A stretch of DNA of 64,000 nucleotides from Seison nebaliae (Eukaryota), in assembly GCA_023231475.1 (NCBI GenBank), contig JALJEE010000685.1, positions 1 through 64,000 of the forward strand. The letters run 5' to 3'. The notes beneath the pieces were generated by a model, which saw only the letters and a list, made by a program, of their open reading frames with translations, was not told the origin of the DNA and did no database searches. The translations under genes and the position numbers were made by a program. Shown here piece after piece: positions 11,964 to 25,258 of this stretch. Numbering within the stretch: position 1 is the stretch's first letter; the number at the start of each line of letters is the position of its first letter.

Positions 11964-14035
11964 TTATGAGAAATTGAGATATGGTCTAAGGAAAACGACT
12001 TAAGTAAATAGATAAAAAATAAACTTCTTTTCCGCTTCTTTTTGTAGATCAGTTTGTGAGAGTAATTTTAGTTTTTGTTCAAGTGAAATATTCTTCAACT
12101 GAACTTCGCTATCGATCGACTGTTGTCGACAAACGGATAGATCGATATGATCGTCGACGAATTTTGTTTGTGAATAATTCTCGGAATTATCTTCGATACT
12201 TCGATTTGTGTCATGAAAATAAAAATTTCTTGTTATATCTTCACTCTCGTTCGAATTACATTGAAAACATTTCGTACAATTATTCATCTTCCAACAACAC
12301 AATGTCGTGTCACAACAAAAAGAACATGGTCCTGTATGATAATATTCACCATCAATATGATAGTCACCGGTAATTGCACTTTTAATATCAGCTGACACAT
12401 GTCGCATTTCAAAACAACATGGCGTCAATGAACATATTGATAATTGATCAGCTCCGACTGAATAATCTGGTTTTTCATCACCCTTCAAATTCTTACCAGC
12501 ACAAATGACATCACCATGAAGAGTCACTGCTTGTCTTTGTACTTCAGCTAAACGTAATCTCTCTTTCTTCTCATAATCAGCATTGATCTCCACAATCTTC
12601 AATACCAGAAGATTATAACTCGATGCGTAAACGGTTAATCCGAATAAGATGAATGTGATTGTAAATGCAACATATCCTGGTTGTTCAGTTAACATATTCG
12701 GTTTTTGTAAAGCAACATAATCACCGAAACCGATGGTTGTAAATGTCATCATTGTATAATAGACGGAGTCGATATATGTCCATTTTTCTTTCCAACTAAA
12801 TACCGCACTACCCAACAGAACCGTCAAAGTGGCTAAGAAACTGTCAGCCAATAAAATTTCATATTCACTCACTTTCAATTCATCACTATTATTTAATATG
12901 ACTTCCTCATCCAATACTTTATTTTGTTTCAATTTATACAAAATTCTCGAAGTCTTTTCAAATTTGACACTTTGTTGTATTTCCACATCATTTGTAAATT
13001 CTTCGATATATTGCTCCTTCAATTTCCTACACACGCAGCAAATTCGTCCCGTCAATTGAATACGTTGTTCAATTAATTTCGATTGTTTCTGACGACCTTT
13101 TTTATCCATTTTCTTCTCATTAATCAAAAAAGATTTTGTTGATATTTCTTTTGTTCGATCCTTCCGATGGATGATGTTTTCCATCTTTTCTTTCTGACAA
13201 TTACTTATCTTTCTATCAGAACAATCCTCGCAATAATTGATTTCAGTTTGGATAATTGATTCAATCGATTTCCTTCTTTCAATATTTTCCGATAAATTCT
13301 CTTTATTCGCATTTTGATCCGTTTCTTCTTCTTCATGAAATATTAATTGAGTATAACGAATGTGACGATAAATCGCACACTTCAATACTTTCTCATTACA
13401 ATATTGACAATATATTCGGCGACGACGAAAAAATACCTTTGCTCTTTTCACTATCCATGTGATTACCATGTTAATTCTTTCTCCAGCACTCTGAAACATG
13501 ATCACGGTCAATGGAATTCCAATAAATGCATAAATCATACACGCTGCTCTTCCTCCTCTTGTCTTCGGCGTACTATGGCCATAACCTTTTTTTGAAGAGA
13601 TTTTTTTTTCAATGGAATTCTTAGATTTTGTCGATATAAGAAAAATTAAACCGATCAATGCCAAAACTACTGTACAGAAATAAAACGACCCAGCGAAATT
13701 CCATTGAAGACCTGCACGAATTTTTAATTTATCCCGAACAACTTGGTCAACTTCGTTCATTTCTAATATGTTTTTCAAAGAATTAATTCAAATTAAATTT
13801 CAAAAAAAAATGAGAGGAATTCATGAATTTATTAATTTCATTCAAAATGTTAACCTTCTTTAGTGAGATTATATTTCTTTCGGATTTGGAGTTTAATTAA
13901 AGAATTTTCATTTCTAATTCTTTCTTCATTCGGTGATTCAAGTGCATCAAATATCGCTGCACCAACTAGCAAATATGTTCCCATGATGACGATCAAAGCA
14001 ACGCATCGTAAATTTTGATGTTTCAGTTTCGTCAT
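11964..14035 (-). CDS. Task7: Two-pore-domain K+ channel, TASK subfamily (invertebrate Task7-like)
   Basis: N-terminus QNLRCVALIVIMGTYLLVGAAIFDALES is TASK M1. Removing the in-frame intron 13586-13651 gives QWNFAGSFYFCTVVLALIGYGHSTP (P1). P2 is YYTMMTFTTIGFGDYVALQ and M4 ends NLLVLK. There are 2-3 introns; the last (to KKPYLNFS*, stop at 11964) is tentative, otherwise the stop is at 12000. Confidence 0.93.
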
Positions 14036-16860
14036 GATTCATATGACCATTCAGTTCAAAATTGAACATGAGATTATAATAAATTTATTGCATAATTTCT
14101 CTCTCTAATATTCTTTTGGGAGAGACATGTATGTTCTTCTTAACTTTTTTATTCATGAACAATTTGACTGGAAAGGCATCAGATACAAGTTAAACATATT
14201 GCACTCTAACTAGGAAGATAAGAAGACGAATAAACATATAATATAACAATTTTTCACGAATAGAAAAATGCGACATAGTTCCATTGAATTTATGCAGACG
14301 AATTCTACAAACCTCATATGTCAGAAATAGAAATAATTAAAGTGGTAATGAATAAATGAAGGAGTGAATGAGAGAATTGTGTATAAGAATGAAAAGAAAG
14401 AATATGCATATTGATAGCTGATATATTGATGAACTGGTGACCAAGGTAACCAATATTTTTTCAGGAAATTAATATAAATTATTTTTCATGGAAATTCTTA
14501 TTTTTATTCCTCTGTTTACATCTGTCTTACTTTAAGTTATGTCGTTAAGAAATGACACTATCTGCACATCAATATAAGAACGATAAACGTACTATACTTT
14601 TTATGGCAACTACCAATATTTTGTCGCATATAATAATACGTATTATCGATGAATAGTGCAAAATTATTTCCAAATTATTGTCTGTAGCTGACTGCTGAGT
14701 CGAGAACGAACGGCGAAGACCAAAAGAAATGAAGACCAATTACTAATAGTCAACATATTTATTTTATTACCATACATATCATCACTATAGAAGATTAATA
14801 AAAATAATATCATTTCATATCATTTTAAGACACATATTTCACCCCCATTTGTCAAGTTTTATTTGAATAACAATCTCCCATCTTATAATTATTTAATCGA
14901 AAATAATCATCATACTTAATATGGCTTCTTCCAATTTATCAGCTGTCATTTATTATAATCAGTAATTATTATAGGCTATGAATATTTTTTAAATATACAA
15001 AAAAAATCTATCTAACTCTATTGATCATTCAAATAGAATATTCCAATCCTCAATTTGGGAATTCATGTTATATTATGCATTGACATTCCGATCATGTCGT
15101 AATGGGAATTGATGATATTAATCGTTCCCAATATTGTGTATCTTTTCCGACTGATATCATCAAATAAATGATAAGATAATGTGACCATCAATGAAAATTT
15201 GGATTGAGAATAAATTAAATTTGTTGACGGATAATATGCACTGTAATTTATTCTGTCGCAATTCATTTCGGTATTAACAGAAAGTCTTCCTTGCGCTAAT
15301 CATTTTATGACTGAAATTTCAATGGAAACACTTTCGAATGAGAATAATTTGAGCTATAAAACAAATGAAAAAAATAAAAATTTCAAACATCGAATACTTA
15401 TCGATGGAGTTTTTCGACATGACTGGAATTTGATTAAATTATTTTATGCTTAACCCAGGAAAACAATCTTCTGATCCTACCAAGATTGTAATGTGCAAGA
15501 CATTTCAGCTTAAAGCAAAATTTAAAGTATTCGTAAATGAAAAGAAACATAAGAAAAAATTTAGTACCCTTCTCCTCACTGCTAACTATATGGACTATAA
15601 TCAATAGAACAATTTCGAAGAAAAGAGGAAGGACCTTCTGAACATTAGGAAGATTGTGAAGGTTAAATTTCTCTCTATAACACACAACTCCTCTTACATC
15701 ATAGTATTATATTCACATTCCATTTTTCATCCATTCTGTAAATGTTGTTGGCGACATGTGAAAAAAAGGAGTAGAATAACAATATGTTCGACATTAATTC
15801 TTTCTTATTCCTTCAACTCCTTTCACATTAGAAAGAATAAAAGATAGTTATATTTAAATATGAATACATTACTATTTATTTCTTCTTCTTTATCCTTCTC
15901 TTCTGCAAGAAGAATATTGTAAGAAAATCTCTTCTTCACCATCATCATTATCTTCACTTATCATTATTTATATTCATCATGAGAATAAGCAAATCCTAAT
16001 TTCAATTATAATATCGAAGAATAAGATTAATAATTTCTCGTACAATTTACGAAGAAAATGAACTAATTAAAATTAATTATTTCCATTCTATTCAATAATC
16101 TCTTCTTCTCAAAATGAAATTGAGAGAAATTAATGAAAAAAAATCTCAACCGAAAAATTGCGTATGTATATACAAAAATCGTAGTAATTGATAAGTGCAT
16201 TTTCTTGCTGTTCTGTAAAAGAATTCTTAATAAAAATTTAATACAATTTGCATCAATTAATTAGACCCAATACTATGACAGCATTAATCAAAACCAAAAT
16301 GTAATGAAACCTTTTTCGTGGAGATTACTACCATCAGTTTGTAAGAAATGATGATACTTGTCGATCGTCGTTCAGGAGATTAACATATGTAAACCGATAT
16401 TCCAATCGATCAATGTTTCTCTAAGTTTTCTTGACTGATAAAAAGCAGACTGGTGATTGATTATCATTCGAAGTTGAAGAAAACAAGTTGCCATATACAT
16501 CTTTGTGATTTTACCGATTCGAAAATTTTCGGAATTTTCTATACCCAATCGAAATTTCTCGAAATTGTTGACTTCATATTTTTTTTATTATTAGCAATTG
16601 ATTGTGGAAATTTTTTCAAGAAGAACTGAAGAATCGATTCTAGTGATAAAACGAACGAATTCACGTTGAATTGTTTGCCGACATTGTTTGATCACTTGAT
16701 CAATTGAGTGAATTCAGTGACGGAAAGCGGTTCTATTTAAGCGGTCAATTTTAATAGAGCAAGGAACAAATTGGAAGAAATCATTCAAAATTAACTTCTA
16801 GTGATTCCAATCAATTTATTGGAGAAGTAGAATATCTGGAACTATTCTCACTATATAAAC

Positions 16861-17652
16861 ATGCAGTCTTTAAGACAAAATCATCATCATTTGAATAACT
16901 TCTTATTATCGAACTATTATCCATTAATGAGTACTATGATTAATTTGAGTTTCAATCTTACTTCGTCCGATTCTGGTAATCAGACCATCTCCGATGAATC
17001 ATGTTACTTACCGACAGATGCATGTTATCCAACATTCTGTGATTTACCATTACCAATATCAAAAGGAATTTATTATCAAGAAGCTGATACGATTGATGTA
17101 GATGCGAAGCAACTGAAATATTTATACAACAAAATATCATCCAAAGGAAGAACGTCAGAGAAACGTCCGACCAAATCAGCTCTTCGTCCTTCAATTGTCC
17201 CCCAACGAACATCAACCATGAAATCACCAACACATGATTTTCAAGAACGACGAGTCAGTTTTAATATGAAAACGTCAGTCAGAAGATTGGTCGATAGCGA
17301 ATTGAACGAAAACAAATTCCGAAGAAACATTCGTTCACAATCCACAATGAGATTGAAATCAACTCCACAAATAATAGAGCAACCTCAATTCCAGTCAACA
17401 AAAATTAACGAAGACCTTTACGAAAATATTGAAAATACTTTCTTCATCGAAACATTACAAGATTTGAAAGACGATGAATGTGAAAAAGAACAACATTTCA
17501 AAAGGAATGCTCATGAACCGATTAGAAGAAGAAATTCGATGAAACAATCAAAAAATAAATGTGGAAGAACATCGAAAGTGTCGAAAAGTGTTTTGAATAT
17601 TTTGAAATCGGCATTGACGGTCAAACAAAATCGACAGAGAATTATTGCTTAA
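16861..17652 (+). CDS. Hypothetical protein (263 aa), basic and Ser-rich, contains an RVxF-like motif (RRVSF)
   Basis: Single 792-nt ORF from ATG with AATAAA near 17807. No family recognised. Confidence 0.6.
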   Translation: MQSLRQNHHHLNNFLLSNYYPLMSTMINLSFNLTSSDSGNQTISDESCYLPTDACYPTFCDLPLPISKGIYYQEADTIDVDAKQLKYLYNKISSKGRTSEKRPTKSALRPSIVPQRTSTMKSPTHDFQERRVSFNMKTSVRRLVDSELNENKFRRNIRSQSTMRLKSTPQIIEQPQFQSTKINEDLYENIENTFFIETLQDLKDDECEKEQHFKRNAHEPIRRRNSMKQSKNKCGRTSKVSKSVLNILKSALTVKQNRQRIIA

Positions 17653-20600
17653 ATATTTTAACAGAAACATTTCAATCTCCTTTTATTCATCTTTCCGTAA
17701 TATTTCTTTCCTTTTCCATTTTTATTATTTCTTTCTGTAGAGTTATCCAATCCATTATCTGGTTGTTTGAACGAGTGACATTATATTATTATTAAAATTT
17801 CCTAGAAATAAAATTATCATTAAAACTTTTCTAAAACAATTTTAATTAAAAATTTGTGATAAGTGATCGTAGACTAATTAAAAATTAACATAAACTCCTT
17901 TCTTCACATTTACTAATGTGAGTGTTGGTGTTGTAGTTGATGATAAAGTGTTGTTTATTTTTTATCATGTAATATATCTAAATTAAAATATTTCCAATTC
18001 AATCCATTTGTACCATCAAACCTTAATGAACTGACGATGAAGAAGAAGAAGAGGAAGGAAAAAAAGTATTTATTTATAGGTAAATCGGATAAATACAACA
18101 GTTAACTATTCGCCATAATTCAAAAGCGAATACCTTGACGGATAGTTAATTGAATTAGTTGAGGATAAACATTATATTTTAGTTGACGATAAATAAATTT
18201 CTTTAACGATAACACGAAAAAAAAACGAGTAATTTTAATAAACTCTCAGTAGAGAGAGTAGATCGTTAGAATTTTAAAATTCTCTTCCTCCTCCTCTTTT
18301 TGTTTTTGAAATGTTTTAAAATTTTAAATGTTTTGTTTATCATCATATCACATTAATATTAAATGCAAATGGCAAATAAAAAGAATATCAAGATGGAACG
18401 ATTGAACTACATCGTATAAATTGAATTGATAACACCATCAATAACAACAAGAAGAGTGGAGTGACTGAACTAAAAAAATTTAGAGAATAATTCAAATTTC
18501 GAATAAAACGAACAATTCTTTCAGGAGATTGGTAAACGACAGCTATTATTTTCAATAATGTGACTAATGAAATCAATATGGTCGGTTAATGTTAACCCGT
18601 CATCAGTTGTAATGAAGTTCGGTAAAAGGTAAAATAATAATATGGTGCATATTGACCAATTATGTTCCATTAACGAGACGAATGGAGAGTTGGAGAATTG
18701 AATAAAATTTAATCAAAATTGTGATTAAATATTTTGATCATGTCACTGATCAATGTTTACGCAAGTTCCATACGTGAATTGAAGCGAAAAATGATGATTA
18801 GTTCACATTGAAATTGAACAATTAAAAAAGGAAGACTTCTGTTCTCCTATAGAAGAAACGAAATAGAAGGAGAAAAAAGTGTCCAGGGAGAATGACTCAA
18901 TTGAATTTCGAATAAGTTTCAATTCAGTTTTCGAAATATTTTTCCTTTTTCTTCATTAAAATGATAATTACTCTCATTACTAAGATCGACTTATTTCATG
19001 ATGTTCATATTCAATAATACCATCATGATCATTATGAAAATGTTAATGAGATGAATCGGATAAGAATATGCTTTTTTCTCCGAAAGATATAGATTAAGAA
19101 TAGATAATGAAGATTTAAAATTTTCGTCATTAATTCATATACCAGTCAAGCTTGTGTTGATGTAGAAGGAGTTGACACTATATTATTCGGTATTGGATAC
19201 GATTATGTCCATCCATTTGTAGTTGTTTAACAATTTATTTGGACGGTAATGAATTAATATTTATTATCGATTAGCTAGGGGCGCTCCTATTCAGTAGATT
19301 CACCATTATCATATTTAACTGATAGCGTGGTAGTGCAGACAGTTGGACAGATATAAATAATATTGAAGACGAAATTCTTAAGCATAATCATTTTCATTTC
19401 CTTCTCAACTATTGCTTTTCATTTCAACTTCGTTTCGTTATTCCGAACTTTTTTTAATGTTCAGAGCATGTAACGTCAGTTATGGAATGGGCGGATGAAT
19501 ATCAATATTATTCTAACCGATAAGTCAGTTGCACCCATTTTAATTATCAGGATAGCGATAATGATAATTAGTCCGAACTCCATTGCATCATATCAATTAT
19601 TTCACGAACTCGTAATTGAAGGAGAATGTTTCGTTGAACGAATTTCTTTCCTTCGAACTTCCAATTTCTTCTCCTGAAACGTGCATGTGTACATGTTAAT
19701 GACGTTGCTACTGACGTGTGTCTGTAATATTATCGGAAAGGACGACTTATGATAAGTGAATGAATCTAATGAACAAGCGAAGAGGACCATGTCACCAAAT
19801 TTGTGAAAATTGTTTCGCCAATTAACGTCATCGTCCATTCGAACATGTGTGTGAGGAATTAGAAGAAAGGATTGTCTCGTCATAACTGCTGTCTACAGTT
19901 ATCAACATTAAAACTATGTTTGGGATAATTTATTTTGAATTGTCTTGTTTTTTGGTAGGTGAAGGACGATGATCGAGGAATCATTATTGCTGGTTCGCCA
20001 GATGGCGGGACGCGAGGGCCACTAAGACATGCACAACGTCAGAAAAAGCAAAGTAGATGCGTAGCTATTTCTATCTTGAAGAAAAACATGAACTTCTCAT
20101 ATATCATCAGAGACTGATGTTATGTCAATAATATTGATTGTAAACCGATTACAATTCGATTAACTGGTATCACAATTTATTAAACAATCATTGCACTCGT
20201 TAATTTCAAATGAATAACTTATCATTCTGATCATTCTTATCATTCTTAATTCTTTTCTTATGATAATTTATATTAGTCCCAATAACAATTAGTCGACTGA
20301 ATTCGACTTTTAAGTACTCTAACCTCCATTTTCACACTTCCCTAAAAATGGAATAATAAAGTTTGTGGAACAAACTCATTTTTAACGTTTGTCCATTTTT
20401 TTCCGATTTTTCCTGCATTAATCGCCGTATGTCCTCTCAAATCGCTATGCTTTGAAACATTACAAAGAGATCAGAATGTTCTTGAAAATTCCTCATTACC
20501 TGTACGTTCAAACTTTTTTCTTCTTAATTTAAACGGTATTCGTCGTCATTGCCTTCACGAAAAGAAAGCAATGACATATAATAAGAAACTTAAACTTATA

Positions 20601-20746
20601 ATATTCACGTTTCTTTTTTCCGACACATACCAAATTTCACACAAAATATAGAGATTGTATTAGCTTCATTCTCTCACGATGATACTTTCATTTATTTCCA
20701 CCATTCTTTCAAGAACGACATGTTTAGTGAGAAGTGAGCGACAATT

Positions 20747-23700
20747 ATGAAACGCGTATCATTCTACTTGTTTGGTTAAGTTTTTCTTTTAAACTCAAAT
20801 ACAGAAACAAGGTAATTCCCCTTCTTAACTAGCCATTCAATTGTGTCACGTAGTGGTATTAGGAAGTTCTTTTTCTCTCATTTTACTTCTTTCCTTTATT
20901 CTACATAACAATTCCAGTTTCAACCAAGTTGCAAACGACAGTCGAAATTTGTTTCGACGTCGAACAACGCTATGAACAATTTAAAGTTGAGTTGAGAGGA
21001 GAACATGAATCACGAATCAGATTTTACCAATACAAAGATTGGTATTTCTGTGATTGGGACATAGGTACAGTCCATTGGCCAAGATCAGATTGTATATCTG
21101 GATGTGCCCTAGTTTATTTTCGATTTAAGGACAATTGATAAATTTTCAACTTCTTATTATTATTAGGTGACTCTTGTATCTTCCTGCAATTGGGGTCCAA
21201 CCAAATATCATCAGAACTATGTTTCTGAATTTTACATCCAAAACTTTCTTAACAAAGAAACTTCTCCGGTCTCTCAAGCTACGGTGAGGAAGGTTAACAT
21301 AATATTATAAAAATTCATAATATTAACAGGAAAAATAACATCATTAAAATGAACATGACAAATTATCGATGAGATGTTTCTGATAACATTCTCTGATGAA
21401 TAATAAGATGGAAAATTTTATAATCTGAAGTACTGAATTTCAGATGAGAATTTATGAGCCGAATTTAAGAAAATTGATTAGTTGCAACGGTTGGAACTCC
21501 ACAATCATAGAAGATCATTGGACTGTATGTTATGAAGCTGAAACATATTCTGAAGATATTCCACTTCGCATACCACACTTTCCAAGTTCATTCTCATATT
21601 AGAGGTGAATAATAAGTAAAATTTAACATAAAAGGTTGTGAGTCATCTAAACCTCCTTATGTACCCCCGAAACCGAAAACCACACCGAAACCTGTAACCA
21701 TAATACCTGCCGAATTAACCGAATTGCCAGATCTACAGATAATTGATGAAGACGAAGAGCCTGAAGAAGAAAAACAGAGCATCCAAGACAAGACGAGAGT
21801 TGGTGAAATTTCGGAGAAAACAAACAGAACAGCCGAAGATGTAATTTTAGACGTTGGTGAAGAAATATCAAAAATAGATGAGGAATTGGACGAAGAAGAA
21901 GAGGTGAAAGAAACACTTGTTGAAATTATCAATGATGATAATGATGAGGATGATATTGAAGACCTCTCGTTACAAGGTTATCCATATAAACTTTAAGTAA
22001 AAATGTTTATTTATTTAATCTTCCATAAACGATGAAACAGAAGAAAAAATATTGAAAAACACCACAATCTTGTATTGTTATCAAAATGCGAAATTAGACA
22101 CCATATGGAGAAAACGACCATTCTTATGGACAACGGTACAATTCATGGACCGCGATCATACATGTCCGAGAAAAGAGAAAGCTTATATCTATGGTCTCGA
22201 TATACAATGTGAACAAGGATGTGCTATCATTCAAGTGAACATTAATAAATAATAATAATAAATTATTTATTTACATTCATATAGGTGGAATCGTCTTGTA
22301 ATTTCGAACCGGGAAATTCCATTTATGAAGTTTATGTCAGACGATTATTTCCCGATTGGTATAAGAAAGTTGAAATAACGAAAGTTTTCATTTGAACCAA
22401 TTTAAAAAGTAATTTTTATAAAACAGTTTCATATTTATGAACCGGGAATAGAAAATGTTTTTGATTGTCTTGATCCCAATATAAAACGAGTATATGTTCC
22501 AGGCTCAAATCGAATACGGTGTTTCCCAACACCAGGTCGAATACCTAATAAGCATGATTCCTTTGCCAGATTATATACTCCATGTTACTTCAAATTTTAA
22601 ATAGTTTGATCCTATATCGATAATATTGTTATTCTTTAAAAAAAAAGATTGTAAGATAATGGGTCAACCACAAAACGAAATGCAAATACCTTCAATTCCG
22701 GAATTAGCGGATGTTTATGGAAACAATTTTATGATGAGTTCTGCATTTATTTGTTAAAGAAATTTAAAATAAGTATTAAATTAATAGATGATCGTCATGT
22801 AAGAATTTTGAAATCAAAGAAAAAATTGTCAAAGAAGAATGTTCCCATGATTAAATATGATGAGAGTTAGCTCAAAACTTTTAAACTTTTTTCTTTAGAT
22901 ACCTTTGAAAAATTTTAGTTAAAGAAGCGAAGATCATTATTTGGTATCATGCATCGAAATATATTGAGAAAGCGAGAGATATTCGATATTACCCAAAAGC
23001 TCCCGTTACTGTTCGATTAGCCCAAAGAGGACATTGGAATTCATGTACATATTCGATTGGTGAAATTTCGTGGCCAAGAAACGCACATTGTGAAGTCGGA
23101 TTCATCCTCATCAAATTTATTCCGATGTGTCGGTTTGGGAAAAATGAATCAGATCCGAATGTCTTGACGAAAATGGAAGATGTTTATATTAGTAATCTGA
23201 TAGATCCTGAACAAAATGATGTGATTGCAATGAATATCACCGAAGTTTCTCTAATATTTTTTAAATTGTTTTCTTATTTTAATTTTGTATCAGTTATTAG
23301 TAATTAACCCTAATATGGGAATTACTGGTATCAGATATTCGGAAGTTCCAATTGATAAACCTGGAAAACATTGGATACAATTACAAAAAGAAAGAAAATA
23401 CGAAAATGAAATTATGACACCTGATCGTGCAAGTTAAATCATTATTATTTGAATTTTCAAAAAATATTTTTTAATTGAAAAGTTTGTAAGGAATTGAAAA
23501 TTTATAAAGAATACGTTGTCGATATTGAAAATATTGGGAAGAAGTATCCGGTAGCCGTTCCAGTGATTAATCTAGTTCATTATCTCGCGAGTAAAAGTGC
23601 GAAGGAGAATATGTTTGTTAATTCAGAGAAAAACTTACAAATTGCTCATCAATATTTGGAGAATAAGAAGAATCGTGAAATTACTGAAGGTTCTACAATT

Positions 23701-24372
23701 TGTTTGAAATTGTTTCATATGTTTTTCAGTTCTCGTACCAAATACTGGTTCTCGTGTGAAGTTCTGCTATACCAACGGTGTTATCGACGAAAGTAAATTT
23801 ATTCCTCAATTAACTTATACGGTTAAAGCAAGGTTGCATCAAAGTGGTCGATGGAAAGATTGTATCGTAAATAATCATGCAAAAATTTATGGTTTACATG
23901 AAAGATGTCTTCGAGGATGTGCAATTATGCAAGTTCACATTCCACATTTGTTCTATTATACATATCTATATTTGTTACAGATGGAATCATTTTGTAATTA
24001 TGATCGAATTGATGATATTGACGAAGTTTGGTTACGACCCTTATTTCCAGAATGGTATAAAGAAGTCATACTTCGTTCAGTTTACAATTTGCTTTATGTT
24101 TTTAAAAATTGATCGATTTGTAGATAACTCTGTATGATTCGAATATTAATATCATTTATAGTTGCAAAGCAGAACGTGCGACACATTACAAGGGAAAGAC
24201 AAAACAATCAATTTTGAAGGAAGTTTGGTTGAAATGTAGTAGGAAGAAATATCAATATAATACGTCGGAAAGAATAACAAATAAAGAAAAGATTCCATGT
24301 TATTTTTAAAGTGGTAAAATATGATAATTAAACAATATATTTATAGATTGTGAAACTGTTGCAGACTTATAA
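20747..24372 (+). CDS. Secreted protein with four copies of an unrecognised ~150-aa Cys-containing domain; 18 exons
   Basis: Seventeen GT..AG introns join into one open frame from MKRVSFYLFAIQLCHVVVLG (signal peptide) to ..YCETVADL*. Repeated motifs: GCALVTLVSSC, GCAIIQVESSC, GFILIKFIPMC, GCAIMQMESFC. Also RRLFPDWYKKV vs RPLFPEWYKEV and IGTVHWPR vs IGEISWPR. Confidence 0.8.
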
Positions 24373-25070
24373 TTATTTAATTATAATTACATGTTGTGGT
24401 TCGACTTAAACAGCAACAAAGGGAATGGCGAAGGAATCTCAATTTTATTTTATAACAATATGTTTGCTTCGAACTATATTCTTTTGTAATCTATCAATTT
24501 GCTCCTTTTATTTCTCTTTCCTTATACCTCCATTCATTACTAATTAATTAATTCTTTTTCTCAATTTCTGCTAATCAATATCGTATATTTCTCGTTATTT
24601 AAAGTTTATATTTATGAAAAAAAATTTAGCTAATTTCACAAACAACAAATATTTTGATTCTTCGTGAAAAAGGTGACACAATCAGTAAAATATTTTTATT
24701 ATTTCTTCACACCAGTCAACAATGTAGAATCTACATCGATTGTTCGCAACACATTATTTTTAAATTGATTTTATTTTCAAATTGTCTTTATGAATAAAAC
24801 GAAATTTATTTGTTCTTTTGTTTTTTTATATTATAAACAATCATATCATACGTATCAACTTTTTAATATACATTAATTTCGTTGATAATTGGTAATTCCA
24901 TATTGGAAAAATAGATGAAAAAATAACTTCTCAAATGATAAAGATGAGAAATTTTCCATAATGCATAAAGAGGGAGAAGAAATGACCGTTTTGACAGGTG
25001 AGGAAATCACCGTTTCTTAATTTTATTTGAAAAATGTAGAATACGCTGAGAAGAAGTCAGTGGTTGAGAG

Positions 25071-25258
25071 GAATCACGGAGAGTTCTACTCTTTTTTGGT
25101 TTTTTTCTTCAAAATAGGAGTAGAAGTGTCCGTAATTGTCCCAAAAGAGGTAGAACTGTCCGTTCTGGAAAAAAACAAGGAGTAGAACTGTCCGAATGAA
25201 AAGCGTAGAACTGTCTTTTTTAAATAAACAGGAAAAGGAGTAGAACTGTCCGGCAACC
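25071..25258. mobile_element. 188-bp MITE (MULE/foldback-like) with 8-bp TSD
   Basis: Direct repeat GTTGAGAG at 25063-25070 and 25259-25266. Ends are GAATCACGGAGAGTTCTACTC and GAGTAGAACTGTCCGGCAACC (imperfect 21-bp TIR). Five copies of GTAGAA(C/G)TGTC lie inside. Confidence 0.85.

Noticed and set aside
15063..15685. Possible minus-strand multi-exon gene upstream of the K2P gene
   Set aside because: Some intron-like GTT..AG segments exist, but I could not build a stop-free model or recognise a product.
25071..25258. Spaced GTAGAACTGTCC repeats as a CRISPR array
   Set aside because: Repeats are only ~12 bp with irregular spacing, and TIR plus TSD identify a MITE.
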